A stretch of DNA of 64,000 nucleotides from Carpediemonas membranifera BICM (taxonomy: Eukaryota > Protista > Fornicata), in assembly GCA_019828565.1 (NCBI GenBank), contig JAHDYR010000001.1:186001-250000 (forward strand). The letters are read 5' to 3'. The translations under genes and the position numbers were made by a program. Below are positions 34,049-45,600 of this stretch, one piece after another (position 1 is the first letter of the stretch; each line of letters opens with the position of its first letter). The notes under the pieces were generated by a model. It was not told the origin of the DNA and searched no databases. It worked only from the letters and a program-made list of their open reading frames with translations.

Positions 34049-35179
34049 TCATCTGATGCTAGCCTCGCCCGCGAAGTCCAATAAATGGTCGATAACCGCG
34101 TCAGCCTCATCGCACCGCTCGCTCTTCCGCCTTGGCCGGAGACTTTTCGAGACTTTGATGACCATTCTGATGACTGCGACTGATGGTGGCAGTCCCATGA
34201 CCCCGACCAGGGCCATGTGGTGGGTAAAAGGAGGAGTTGGACTCATCTCAGCCGCCCCAAAGCTCATAAAGATCTCCTGGTAAACGCGATCATAAGTTTC
34301 GACGGCCTGCCGCATGGTCATCCACTTCCCGACATCTCCGGCAGACTCGAGCGAGCTCTGGATCGACTGGGCCCAGTCGACGCCGGCCATGTGGCTGACC
34401 GGCAGAGTGTGAAGGGCGAGCATGATTTGAGCCGCCTTGGCAATGAGATGGTCTGTGACCGGGGCTTGCGGAGGCGAGGGCGAGTCGAAAATGACCAGGG
34501 AAGCCAGGGTCGCCAGTCGGCGCAGGCTCTTGGTGTAGACGACGGTGAAGTCCTTGGAGTGGAGAACAGAGCCTGTGGCAGAGTTGGGGAACTCCAGAGG
34601 GGCGAAAACGACGGTCCGCAGAGCATGGTCGGTGGGCACGATGGGGCGGTCCAGCACGTCGAGAGAGGCCGGCCTTACGCTGCCTGTGCGGGCTTCTTCG
34701 ATGATACGGTCGGTAATTGGTACGTTTGTGATGTGAACAGCGGGGTCAAAGGTGAGGAGCTTCTCTACAAGACTGTCGGGAGGGTCGCCGACGAGGACAA
34801 GATGGCGGGGGAAGAGGTTGAGCATTGGTTCGACGCCACGAAGTCGCAGATCGTCCATAGTAGCGCGGTTAAGGGCTATGAAGTCTGCAGCAGTGACCGG
34901 GGGTGTTGCGGGGGCGTGAACGCACTCGGGCGTGTCTTCAGATGATGAATAGAGCGAGATGCTGACGGAAAGCTTTAGCTCCGGTGGTCCAACCGGGATT
35001 TCAGCCCCGGATGCGACGTGGAAGGGCAGTGCATTCGCACTATTGCAGATTGGGAGGGGAATATTCAGCGTTGTGGGTACGGGGCCAAACGATGGGTGCT
35101 TTGCATACGGCGAAACTGTCCAAATCACACAGACGAAGAGGATCCAGAGGAAAATGAACGAGGCTTCAGCAAGCCTCAT
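34049..35179 (-). CDS. Protein with N- and C-terminal TM helices, possibly a divergent GPI transamidase subunit PIG-S
   Basis: Two-TM topology. C-terminal PFTHHMALVGVMGLPPSVAVI loosely matches the PIG-S C-terminus. Confidence 0.35.
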   Translation of the reverse strand: MRLAEASFIFLWILFVCVIWTVSPYAKHPSFGPVPTTLNIPLPICNSANALPFHVASGAEIPVGPPELKLSVSISLYSSSEDTPECVHAPATPPVTAADFIALNRATMDDLRLRGVEPMLNLFPRHLVLVGDPPDSLVEKLLTFDPAVHITNVPITDRIIEEARTGSVRPASLDVLDRPIVPTDHALRTVVFAPLEFPNSATGSVLHSKDFTVVYTKSLRRLATLASLVIFDSPSPPQAPVTDHLIAKAAQIMLALHTLPVSHMAGVDWAQSIQSSLESAGDVGKWMTMRQAVETYDRVYQEIFMSFGAAEMSPTPPFTHHMALVGVMGLPPSVAVIRMVIKVSKSLRPRRKSERCDEADAVIDHLLDFAGEASIR

Positions 35180-35484
35180 CTGGAACTGGACAACACGTCT
35201 GGGTTGAGAGTCATGATGAGTCGAGAGACGATTGGCGGCTGGAGGTAGCCATGCCGAACGTGTCTCGCACCGCCCAGTTGGTTCACCAAAAACAGAGCGT
35301 CAGCCTCAGAGCAAACAGCAAAATAGTAAACCAAGAAAGTACCGCTTTAGCACTTCAATGGGAAGTTGAGTGATTACTGGCCACCGAAGGGACGGAAGCC
35401 GCTCGTGTACCCAGCCAAGTATGTAGACATGACAACCAAGCCGGTCAAGAGGACGAAGACGGAGATCAAGGGATTTAAACCGGT

Positions 35485-35852
35485 TTAAAGCTGGACCTCA
35501 ACATCAACATCGGGCTCGATGGTGATCTTGGTGACCTGGCGCACCATATCGGAGGGGCAGTGGAAGTCAACGACGCGCTTCGAGATGTGCATCTCATAGT
35601 GCTCCCAGGTCTTAGAACCCTGGCCGCAAGGAGTCTTACGGGTGGTGATGGACAGGTTCTTGGTGGGCATGCGGACGGGGCCACGGACCTTGATATCCTT
35701 GCGCTTAGCGCCGGCAACAAGATCAGTGCAGACCTTCTCGAGGTGCTTCACGTTGCGGGAGGTGAGAGTAACGCGGATGCGCTTCATCTCAGCGCCTTCA
35801 ATAGTACCCTTCTTCTGGTCCTGTATAAGATGAAACACGCTGTACATGCCAT
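35485..35852 (-). CDS. RPS20: 40S ribosomal protein S20 (uS10); probable GC-AG intron 35821-35849
   Basis: [32 protein letters not shown]. Confidence 0.97.
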
Positions 35853-36355
35853 TCTGATCGCTCGAGCAGCTAGAGGCAGTTTAGGGTTAGGAGAAAAACA
35901 AAGTGAACCGCCAGATGGCGAAAAAGGCAAAAACATTATCGAGAGTGAGCCTAGCGGTGAGGCCATCCTTGCGGATAGTATGTGTGCATGAGAAAACGAT
36001 GTCTTACTCGCTTCTTTTCCAATTCCACCCAGTCTCTCAAAATCGACTCCAAAAGAATTGACGGTAAAAATGGCCCAACCTCATAGACAATTTTTGGAGC
36101 TGATCTCGTAAAAAGATGTCAGTTTGCTATCACAGATGTGGTATCGGCTGTCGAAATTGGGAGAAATAGGACTGAACGGTCACCATCCATAGTCGTGTCA
36201 GAAAATCACACACAAATGATAATTCAAGTCGTGCCAGAAACCGCAACCTGTTCTTGGCCTATTCTTGGTCTGGCGTTGCATTCCAGCGCGACAGGTTCAT
36301 GATTGCAGTTCTCGGTTGAGTAATTCAAGCAGGCCGGAAGTGGCGGAGACACAAG

Positions 36356-37981
36356 ATGGAACAGTGTGAAGTAGCGGAGCTTATTCTTCGTGATCTGTGT
36401 CAATTTGTAGAACAAAAGTGCCTTGCTGCGCTGCAATCGTTCATTCTCTCTGAATTTCCCTCAATCTCCGACAACGAGTGCGATTCTCCCGCCTTCGTCA
36501 CTCTTTTCGACACAAGTGAGCTGAATCCATCACTAACGAGCATACTAGATCGTTCTCCATCGCTCTTTCTTGCGTTCCTTTCCCTCGCGATCCGACGCCA
36601 TGCCCTGGTCCTGGCCGACGGTGACCTTCCTTTCTTCCCCATCCACCCAGTGCTCTCACACACCGCAGAACCCACTGAAACACACACCATTATTGCTCGC
36701 CGGCCGTGCTCCGCGCTAATGACGACGGTCATGCGTTGTGTCGAGGACCACGCGCTCCAGACAACAGCCCCGGCCTCTCTCCGCACCTGCCCCTTCTGCT
36801 TGGGCCTTATGAACTCTAAGGAGACACTTTATGCCCCAGCCGAGGCGCTATATGGGTCCAGAGGGCGTATGATTGTCATTCCCTCAGGAACACCGTTCAC
36901 TCTTGGGCAGACCCTCGTTGTCGGTAACGATAGCCTTGCCATACGTCACCCAGGCCCACTACTCACCCCGAGGGTCGACCCACCAGTCAGTTTGACCTCT
37001 GCGGGAGCCTTAGAGACGGCTGTCGCTAACTGCGCCCACACCGCTGAAGCTCTCGCCCCCCTTCCCCAGCCGGTGCTGCACTCGCTCGCACTGGTCCTCT
37101 CTGCGTGCAGCACGAGAGTAGGGAGACCTGTCCATCTGACTATCTCTGCTGCCCGACCCGCTTGCCAATTTATAAGACTTCAGGCCATGGGTAGGATTGC
37201 TGTGGAGTCGGGAATGGCCCAGGTCTACTCGGCCGCGGCTAGAATAGGGGTGAGCGCGGTTAACCCGCACTCAGTCATCGGTCAAGCCGGCTTGGGCGAT
37301 GTGCTCGTTGTCCCAGACCTCGCAGGCCTGCCAAAGGGAGCAATCCTCGGCCTGATACATGAGTTCAGTGCGCCGATGACGTCAAAGATCGCCCACACGA
37401 CATCTGATCGCCCAGTTGCCCAGGCGGGTCACGGTAGGGTATCGGCCGCACCCAGAATCGGCCGAAAGTCCGGCGCGTTGTGGGCAGGCACGCGACGAAA
37501 GATGACCTCCGCTGAGCTCGCCAGGGTCGACCTCATTCGCGGGATCGCGCTGAATTTGGAGCATCCGGAGAATCTTGAGCCGGCCGACCTTGCCGACTGT
37601 CAGGCCGACTGGGATTCGTTCGACGATCTCTTTGAAAAGCTCCGCTCCAGCATGAGTCGAATCAAGGCCCTCCCGCACCTCGCAGAGTCTGCTTCGCAGC
37701 TCCTCGAGCGGTACTTCGTCACAATCCGGAAATCCGGAGGCGTACCGGATGACATTGTTGAGCTGCTTGCCACATTGTCAAGGTGTCACGGAGCCTTCCA
37801 GGGTCGATCTGTTTGTGACTTGAGCGATGGCCTGGTCGCCATTCTCGTCGTCGAGTGCAGTTTAGGGGCGACTGGCCGAGGGCTGTTTGGGGTGGCCAAT
37901 CCATTCAGCCTCTTCCCTGGTGATTTGGGGGCGAAACTCGGGGCGGCAATCGGCGTACTCGGCCGAAAGTTGGCAAGCTAG
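36356..37981 (+). CDS. MCM-related protein without ATPase motifs (MCMDC2-like)
   Basis: C-terminal MCM lid-like segment ESASQLLERYFVTIRK...LLATLSRCHG...DGLVAILVVECSL and an N-terminal zinc-finger remnant (RC...CPFC). No Walker A/B. Confidence 0.55.
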   Translation: MEQCEVAELILRDLCQFVEQKCLAALQSFILSEFPSISDNECDSPAFVTLFDTSELNPSLTSILDRSPSLFLAFLSLAIRRHALVLADGDLPFFPIHPVLSHTAEPTETHTIIARRPCSALMTTVMRCVEDHALQTTAPASLRTCPFCLGLMNSKETLYAPAEALYGSRGRMIVIPSGTPFTLGQTLVVGNDSLAIRHPGPLLTPRVDPPVSLTSAGALETAVANCAHTAEALAPLPQPVLHSLALVLSACSTRVGRPVHLTISAARPACQFIRLQAMGRIAVESGMAQVYSAAARIGVSAVNPHSVIGQAGLGDVLVVPDLAGLPKGAILGLIHEFSAPMTSKIAHTTSDRPVAQAGHGRVSAAPRIGRKSGALWAGTRRKMTSAELARVDLIRGIALNLEHPENLEPADLADCQADWDSFDDLFEKLRSSMSRIKALPHLAESASQLLERYFVTIRKSGGVPDDIVELLATLSRCHGAFQGRSVCDLSDGLVAILVVECSLGATGRGLFGVANPFSLFPGDLGAKLGAAIGVLGRKLAS

Positions 37982-38067
37982 CATCAGTAAAGTTTCGCGA
38001 AGCAATGTCGAGTCGCGGTTGACTCTGCAACACGGGTTTGGCATCTACAAGCTGACTGACACAATCA

Positions 38068-38683
38068 TTACGCCACGACCGCCAGCGCGAGCACGACGGC
38101 GAGGATGCCGATGCGTACCCACACGGCACCCGACTCCAACACGTCGTCGAACTGCCACGTGACGATGGTCTTGGACGAAGTGACATTGTCTGTGGTTGTC
38201 AGCGTCTTGTTTTTGATCATATAGCTGCCCTTCTCGACCTGGAAGCGTGTGGTCCAGCATTCTCCCGTGGCCACGCAGGGGTAGTCGGCGACAGCGTAGC
38301 TGAAGATGGACTCTGTGCCGTCGATCTTGTTGAGGTCGCTATCAGCGAGGAAGGATTCTGAGACAATCTGCTGGTCGGCCCCGGTGCCCTGGCCGTAGGT
38401 GTATGTGACTGCAGTCACATCATTATCAGTGTCGTCTGCGACAATGACCGAGACAACACGCTTGTCGGGGTCGTTGATCGTATGTTGTGTGCTGAAAGCC
38501 CACAGCGATGACGGGGATGTCGTTCTTGAAGTACGGCAGCACCCTGTCGAACGTCGGGAGGACTTGCAGCGGAGGTGCAACCAGGGATACGTTCCGGATA
38601 GTGTTGAAAGAAAAAAGTCTAACATCATACACAAGCATCTCCCGCTGGGTGAAGATGAACAATCGGTCATCTTCAGCGTACAT
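38068..38683 (-). CDS. C-terminally anchored putative surface protein; appears frameshifted or incomplete
   Basis: Beta-rich acidic region ending in a hydrophobic anchor (VRIGILAVVLALAVVA). The upstream coding-like segment lies in another frame. Confidence 0.35.
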
Positions 38684-38933
38684 GGGCCAGGTGCCGGGCC
38701 TGTCCTCGATAAAAATTGAGGGGCGACTCTGTCGATGTGCAAAGCGCAGAAACGGGGCCCGTCAAAGACGCCTTCGACGCCTTCGTGCGACAAACACAGC
38801 CCACTAGCCAGCAGCCGTGCCAAACTCGCGATTTGACAGGCACAACATGCCAGGGAGCAGTCCAATACATCGGTGGACAGCTTTCCAAAGCAGAGATCAC
38901 GCTCGTCTACCCTGTATCCGATGCTTTTATTGC

Positions 38934-40076
38934 TTAAATCGTCCGCTTTTTCAAAAACTTACGAGTGAAATCACACTTTTTCCGCATGACATAAAACACT
39001 GGTAGTGTGGGCACGATGTAGCCGGGAGACGATACCACGTCGCACAGCATCGCACCGCTAGCAGCCTTGAGCCATCCACCGGCTCTGCCAGCCTCGCGGT
39101 GAGCCTTTTGCCGTTCCTGGACCTCTTCGGAGTTAAGCGAAAGTGACTCAGCAAGAGTCACAGTCGGAGACCAGTCACTCATAAACGCCAGGAACACGTC
39201 GCTGGCCTTGTACTTGTGGTCCGGATCCCACTCGGCCGGCTTCTCAAGAACCATCTCGACAATATCGCTAAGCTGTGCGTTTTCGGGAACATCGGCGAGG
39301 AAGTCCGTCTGCTCGACTTCGGGGTAGACTAGGAGCACGGACCAGTGCACCTGGCCATCTTGACCGACCGTGGTGGCGTTCGAGTAGTGGCTGATATCGA
39401 GAATGGGAAGACCCATCTTGATCTCCCGGATGCGGAGCGCTTCTGCAAGGATGGCGTTCTGCTTCTCACGAGCTGCTTTTTCACGGGCAAGGCGCACTTT
39501 GACTTCGGTCTCGAGGCGTCTGCTCCGTTTGATCTCCTCATCAAGCCGGGCGTCGGAAATGTGCTCCTTGGCATCAGTAAGCGCATCAGCTGCTTCGCCA
39601 TGCTTGCCTAGCTCATTGTACGACTTGGCCAATCTGAACCATGCCTTGGCGTTGCCCTTGTTGACCTCGAGAGCCTTCTTGCTGTCCTGGACAGCCCAAT
39701 TATACCGCTTCTCGAGGATCTGGACTTGTGCACGGTTGCTATACAGGATGGAGTTCAGCTCAGCGTTCTCACAGTTCTGGTCCAAGGCCTCTGAGTAGAA
39801 GATGATGGCGTCCTTGTAAAAGTCCTTGCCGCGCTTGACGCATTTGTTGCCTTGTTCCTTGAAGTTCTCCGCACGGGACTCGGGAGTACCATCCTCATAC
39901 ATCATGTGCTGGATAGCCTGTAGCTCGGGATTGTCGGCAATATCCTCGGGCATTTGTTGCATGAACATCGGATGCTCCTCCCAGGGACGGTTGTCCCAGT
40001 CCATCTCTTTCCTTGTGCGACGCAATGTTTCCATGATAGCGTCATGATCCCATTCTTCGTCGTCAGAGCCTTCCAT
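38934..40076 (-). CDS. TTC4: TPR co-chaperone TTC4/Cns1
   Basis: HPMFMQQMP, AENFKEQGN, LYSNRA, KAWFR, and wheel domain HWSVLLVYPE..QTDF. Confidence 0.88.
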   Translation of the reverse strand: MEGSDDEEWDHDAIMETLRRTRKEMDWDNRPWEEHPMFMQQMPEDIADNPELQAIQHMMYEDGTPESRAENFKEQGNKCVKRGKDFYKDAIIFYSEALDQNCENAELNSILYSNRAQVQILEKRYNWAVQDSKKALEVNKGNAKAWFRLAKSYNELGKHGEAADALTDAKEHISDARLDEEIKRSRRLETEVKVRLAREKAAREKQNAILAEALRIREIKMGLPILDISHYSNATTVGQDGQVHWSVLLVYPEVEQTDFLADVPENAQLSDIVEMVLEKPAEWDPDHKYKASDVFLAFMSDWSPTVTLAESLSLNSEEVQERQKAHREAGRAGGWLKAASGAMLCDVVSSPGYIVPTLPVFYVMRKKCDFTRKFLKKRTI

Positions 40077-40160
40077 TGCTTCTGCACGCAATGATCAAGC
40101 CTTCAACTGCACTTTTTTTTACGTATTTAATCCATCTGTAGTTAACATATAGTGTATCCA

Positions 40161-40258
40161 TGACCGGTCAACCCATGCCGTGGGCAGGGTCGGGCGGGCC
40201 GTGGCGCTGGGGTCTCAGCGGGTCCATGGCGTCAAGGCCGAGGACGCGGCCCTTTTTT
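40161..40258 (+). ncRNA. Candidate structured small RNA (three GC-rich hairpins followed by T6)
   Basis: Stems accc-a-tgcc/ggca-gggt (40171-40190), gccgtgg-cgctg/cagcg-ccatggc (40198-40230) and ggccg/cggcc (40236-40251), then TTTTTT (40253-40258). No family recognised. Confidence 0.3.
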
Positions 40259-40492
40259 CTGCTTGCACTGTGCACTCTATGATACTTCATATCCATGCAC
40301 ACTCCGCCGTATTGGAAGCCATAACGGCTGATACACTCCGCCATATTCCATGCTAGAACCTCATCTTTGAACTGACAAGATCAATCAGAAAGAAGCAATC
40401 ATTCTCACAAGCAATGCTCAACTCCCGAGGTGCCGGATCCGTGTTTACTAACCGCTGTGATATGGTACTAATAAAGCAAGACGCCCTTCAAC

Positions 40493-41062
40493 TCAAAAGA
40501 AGATACTCGCCGCCAGCGTCCGGAGTGGTCGAAAGAGTCCCCACGAGCAGCCGACATGGCCCTCAGAGCGATCTCTATACCTTGCCTCCTTAGAGCGCGC
40601 AGAACGTGGCGAGCGTGGGGAATATTGCGCGTAGGGTGAGTGGGGGAATTGGCCGTGTTCTCCTCTCTCGTGCTGTCGGGAAGAGAGCTTGATGTCGCCC
40701 AGTGAGGCCATGGAGGAGGTGGCAGAATCTGTCACGCCGAGCTCCTTGGCCGTTGCCGCGTCGACCTCGACGTACTCGGCCTGTACTTGCTGCTCAAAGG
40801 CTGGTTCGGCGTCGATTCCCATGGAATAGGAGTTGATGAAGTTCTTATGGCCCCGGAGGATCTCAGATTCGCGCCGCTTACGTGCTCTGTTTGGATGAAC
40901 GATCTCTTCGAGCTTGGAGGGCTGGATATTGAGGATTTTGCAGACCTCCTTCTTCTTGTATCCAACCCTTATGAGCTTGAACACGCGGGACTTCAGACGA
41001 TCCTCCGAACTCATGTGAGATCGGTTGGTTGATGCTGAACTATGACGTCGTCCTCCCTGCAT
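40493..41062 (-). CDS. Hypothetical basic protein (possible N-terminal HTH)
   Basis: 189-aa ORF. VFKLIRVGYKKKEVCKILNIQPSKLEEI is HTH-like. Confidence 0.5.
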   Translation of the reverse strand: MQGGRRHSSASTNRSHMSSEDRLKSRVFKLIRVGYKKKEVCKILNIQPSKLEEIVHPNRARKRRESEILRGHKNFINSYSMGIDAEPAFEQQVQAEYVEVDAATAKELGVTDSATSSMASLGDIKLSSRQHERGEHGQFPHSPYAQYSPRSPRSARSKEARYRDRSEGHVGCSWGLFRPLRTLAASIFF

Positions 41063-41294
41063 ACCTTCTCTTTTTGCGCCGTCGTCTTGTACGACAAAGT
41101 GAGACTCTCAAATCTTCGAACTTGATCATAGATCTCACCTTGAACACGAGCTTGGCCGGCTTAGGATCTTCGTGGGAAGCAGGCAGTCTGTTTCATATTT
41201 TCTTCTACCTCTCCCTCTACCTCTATGTATCAATGGTTTGCAGTGTCTGAGTTGATGTGCTGTCTGGCCGAGGTTCACTCTACTGGATAGGAGA

Positions 41295-42434
41295 ATGACC
41301 TTAGTTGCTTGGACAATGGCGATGATGCTGGAAAGCATATTCTGCGAAATACTTGCAGCGCCGATGACGACGTATTCACTCTCCATCCCCGAACTTGGCA
41401 CTGCCCTTCGCGATATCAAAGGTCTTCAAAACGTCTCAGATGACGACTTGCTTGAAGGCGGCTTCCCAGTGCGTTCACTCGTCATTTCGACCCTCCTAGC
41501 CCAGTTTTCCTCTTCCGATTCAAAGATGAACCGCGCCAGGATGTGGCGTGCGAAGATGTTCCCTCCTGGGAAGTCCGAGGTCCGTCTTTCCGAAGCCCAA
41601 GAGCACCAGTTCTTCCGCATTTGTCTTGACAGCTACAGATCGTTCCGGGAGTCCTATGACAAGCTGTACAACCTACCATACACCGAGCAAAGCCTCGCTA
41701 CCACTGTCTCGTCCTTCTTCGAGTGGGCTGAGGAGCTTGTTAAGCTCGCCAAGGACGGTCTTGAGCCAACCCCGACTGCACCAGCGAAGAAAGTCGACCC
41801 ACGCCCAAAGTCGAGCGCGGTGAAGACCAAGATGACCAGGAGCGGCTCAGCTTCTGCCGTTGGGCGGACAAGCATGCGCTCGGCAGACCTGAAGCGGCGA
41901 GAGAGGCCGATGTCTTCGAAGCACCGCGTTGAGATCCCGGTCGTCGATCACAGTAGAGATGGCGAGATCAATGCCAGAATTTCACACTTGTTGCGCCAAA
42001 ACGCTATTCTTACAAGAAACGTTCATACGCTCGAGGCAAGTAGACTGGAAATGATCGAAGGCGCGGCCGGTATGAGGAAGGCGATTGCCGCGTTCGAAGA
42101 AAGACAAAACGCTGCGGAGCTCGCTGTGAAAATCACAAATCTTGGCCTCGCAGTTGATGCTTTCATGAGGACTAAGTCGACCGCCCAGGCCGTAGAACCT
42201 GAGCCTATTCCGGAACAGCCGAGTCAGCTCGAGTCTGCCGGAGTTGCTGAGTTTATGGACGACTTGGCCAAAGTCATGCCAGGTTTGGCGCAGTTTAATG
42301 CTAATATGCGCCGGAATGCCGGAGATGACGAGATTGTGGCGACTGACGACGACCTTGCGTTGCTGCAGGACATACAGAATGGCCTGATCCGCGTGGAGAA
42401 CGCTGGCCGGGACGTTCTCGCCAAGTTTGACTAG
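41295..42434 (+). CDS. Hypothetical coiled-coil protein
   Basis: 379-aa ORF; start uncertain. Confidence 0.6.
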   Translation: MTLVAWTMAMMLESIFCEILAAPMTTYSLSIPELGTALRDIKGLQNVSDDDLLEGGFPVRSLVISTLLAQFSSSDSKMNRARMWRAKMFPPGKSEVRLSEAQEHQFFRICLDSYRSFRESYDKLYNLPYTEQSLATTVSSFFEWAEELVKLAKDGLEPTPTAPAKKVDPRPKSSAVKTKMTRSGSASAVGRTSMRSADLKRRERPMSSKHRVEIPVVDHSRDGEINARISHLLRQNAILTRNVHTLEASRLEMIEGAAGMRKAIAAFEERQNAAELAVKITNLGLAVDAFMRTKSTAQAVEPEPIPEQPSQLESAGVAEFMDDLAKVMPGLAQFNANMRRNAGDDEIVATDDDLALLQDIQNGLIRVENAGRDVLAKFD

Positions 42435-42609
42435 GCGTGTGGCTGTGATACATGATTGATTTACCGCCCAGCTTGTACATTTGTATAAATGGATTTCTTC
42501 TGTAGCACTGTGCAGCGCTATTCAAGATGTCTCAGAGCATTATCCCACAAACGTACAATCAACCTGCCACAGCATCATCACCTCTCACGCACAATCCGAA
42601 TCCGATTTA

Positions 42610-45600
42610 TTACTCCTTGACGCTCCATCCGAGCTCCTGGTCCTGCATGTCGAGAAGGATGTCAACCATGCCTGTTCCCGCCCGAAGGGGCCGGCCGACC
42701 GCCACGCGAGACGAGGGTCCCGCGGCGTTGTCGGAGATTCCGTACAGAGCCGACTGTGTCAGGAAGGCGGTGGTGGTCTCATAAGTCATCTTGTGAAGTT
42801 GGGACGGCGAGTTGTCAATGCCGTGCCTGTTGAAGGGCTTGTAGCCGCCCTCTCGAGTCATGTGGTCGGCAATCAACGAGAGATGGCGGGCATCAACGCC
42901 AATACCGTAGACCTTGAAGATCGAGGAAACTTCGTTGATGATGGCAGCGCGAGCAGCTTCAACACCGTACTGCTCGAGAGTTGTCATCACGCAGTTGCAG
43001 TAGAGGTGGTCGACGTCGACGAGCTCGTCGTGCTGCCGGGCGGTGGCGAGGTTGACACCGTTACACGCGACAACCTGACGAGTCTGGCCGTCAACGGTCT
43101 TGGGCTCACCGACAGAGGCGCGTGTGACGCCGGTAATGGCCTTGACATTGACCTTGTTGGCGAGCTCCTCGGCCATCGACGTCATGAGCACGCTCTGGTC
43201 AGAGAGGGGCACCCTGAATGATGCCCAGCAGAAGTCGTCGTTGTCGTCGGGCAGCGAAATCTGATCCAGATATGACCGCTTGGCCTTGTTGATGAGCACC
43301 TTCTCGTTGCCTTCGAGGAGCTCGCCGTCGGCGTCTACGGCGGCAGCGCTGTGTCGCTCGGTGCGGGCGGGCTCTCCATTGTCGTCGGCGCCGTACATCT
43401 GCCCCTCCTGGGTCTGGCGGGCGTTGCTGGCGTCCTTGGCCGAGTCAGCTTCTTCAGCAGCAGCGTTAGAGCTACCATGCACCTCATCGTCGATAAATCC
43501 AGAGGCGAGGTCGTCCATATCGTCGACGGCGTTGAGCTCGCGCGAGAGGCCAGAGGCAATCATCGCGATGAACCGGCAGACTCCCAGCCTGACGCGGGCG
43601 ACCGTGAGCCCCAGGGCCTTGCGGTCTTCTTCACCGAGGACATTCATGTACAGGGTAAAGACACGCTCACGGCGGGTGCCGAAAGCCGTCTTGCTCTGGT
43701 CCACCCGCTCGCCGACTTCCATCTTCGTCAGGACGTCCATGAAAGAGATACGGCGCAAGAGACCGGCAAGAGCCTGGGCGTCCTCGCGCGTGGCGTGGGG
43801 CCGGAGGAGGAGGTTCATGACGGGCGTCTTGATCGACTTCGTGGCGACGAGGAGGACCTCACGCATGCGGGGGATGCCCTGGGTGACATCAACGGCGCCG
43901 TGACCGGCAAGATGGAAAGCTGCGTAACGCGTGTAGATACGAAAAGATACAAACTGTTCAGAGTCATCTGAGTCGATGGCTCACCGATCGACTGGGCAGC
44001 CAGGACACCAACAGCCTCTCCAGGGTCGGCGAGCGAGTGGAGGAACTTCAGGTTCATCAGTGCCCTTAGCATGTCCTTCTTCCTGCGGCGGGAGACGCAG
44101 TGGGTTATGGCGTCGAGCCGCTCCTCTTCTTCGGTCGGCTCGTGGGTGAGCACAAGGCCATCGGGGTCTTCGTGGAGGTAGGTCTCGACGAGGCCGTTGA
44201 ACGCCTCCGAGACTGCTCCGAGGGTGGTGCCGGGACTGTACATGCTGTGGAGCGTCGGGATCTCGCCGTCAATGGGGTCCGGGCGGCGGGCGTTCTTTCT
44301 GGCCCGGTTACGGTGCTCGGTCTTGACCCTACCCAGACGTTTCTTCGCGCCGCTAGGGTCCATGCGACAGAGGATCGCCTCGAGGTTCTGGACAAAGAAG
44401 GAGGGCGACTTGAGCATAGTTGTGCGGCAGGGGTCGAGCCCGTCTTCGCCGTACAGGAACTGGACGATCTGGCCGGCCGAGTCGCGGACAGAGTAGTCGT
44501 ACTGCACCGTGAGCTCCTCCAGACCCTTGACGAGGCAGCGCTGGAGGTAGCCAGACGTGGCAGTCTTGATACTGGTGTTGACCAGACCCTCGCGGCCGGC
44601 CATGGCGTGGAAATAGTACTCCTGCGGCCGGATGCCAGTGAGGAAGCGGTCCTGGATAAACCCGCCGGCTCTGGGGGCGGGGTCGAAGGCCTCAAAGGAG
44701 GGGAGCGTCTTGCCGCTGACCATGACTGGAGTGCGGCGGCCCTCGAGGGATTGCTGGCCGAGAAGACAGGAGATCTGTGAGAAATTCACCATTGAGCCCT
44801 TGGCACCCGTGTGGACCATAAGGCCGAATCTATTACGGAAAGATTTGGCGACTTGGCCGCTGGGGAGGCAGCCTGAGATGATGTCAGAAGTCACGGTGTT
44901 GAGGCGACCCATGTACATCGAGTCGAGCCTGGCGCCGTCGGCCTCGTTCGTAGCGAGCTGGACCTTGACTGCGGCCTGGACGAAAGGTCTGTTGCTGAGG
45001 CGCTCGTCGTCCTTTCCAGTGACATCGCGGAGGAAGTCTCTTGACGTCTCGAGACCCTTCTCCATGAGGCCGTCGAGCTTGCCGTGTCTGCCATACTCGG
45101 CCTCCTCGCTGAGCAAGAGGTCCTTGAAACCGCACGTGTGGCCGTAGAACTGGAGGTAGTTTGAGAGCATCTGGGAGGCAGAGGAAAGCATCTCGCCCGA
45201 GGCCTCGGCGCCATATGCCTCGTAGATACAGTGCACGAGGCCGCCCTGGGAGGCACCGATCTGGCCCTTTCCGATGACACCAGTGATGATCTGGCCGTGA
45301 CGGACGATCAGCTTGCCCTCCTCAGGGCAAGCGGCACCAAAGAACTTGGGCGATAGCTTAGTGTTGCACGAGAAGTTGAGGGCGGGTCGACCGTTGGCGA
45401 TGTAGTCAATGAGGGCAGTGTACACCTGCTTGCCGGTCCACAGACGCTTGGGGAAGACGACCACGGGCGGGGGTGTGTGTACGATGCGGCCCTCGACGTG
45501 GATAGAGGACACAGCGACGTTGACGAGCTGCATGAAGCAGTCCCTATCGAGGAACATGTCCTTCATCGTAAGAAGGGTAGAGGCGAGCACATGGTCCTGA

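Noticed and set aside
35880-35892. TTTAGGGTTAGG telomere-like/telo-box motif upstream of RPS20 (also AAACCCTA at ~34034)
   Set aside because: Under two repeat units; compatible with chance.
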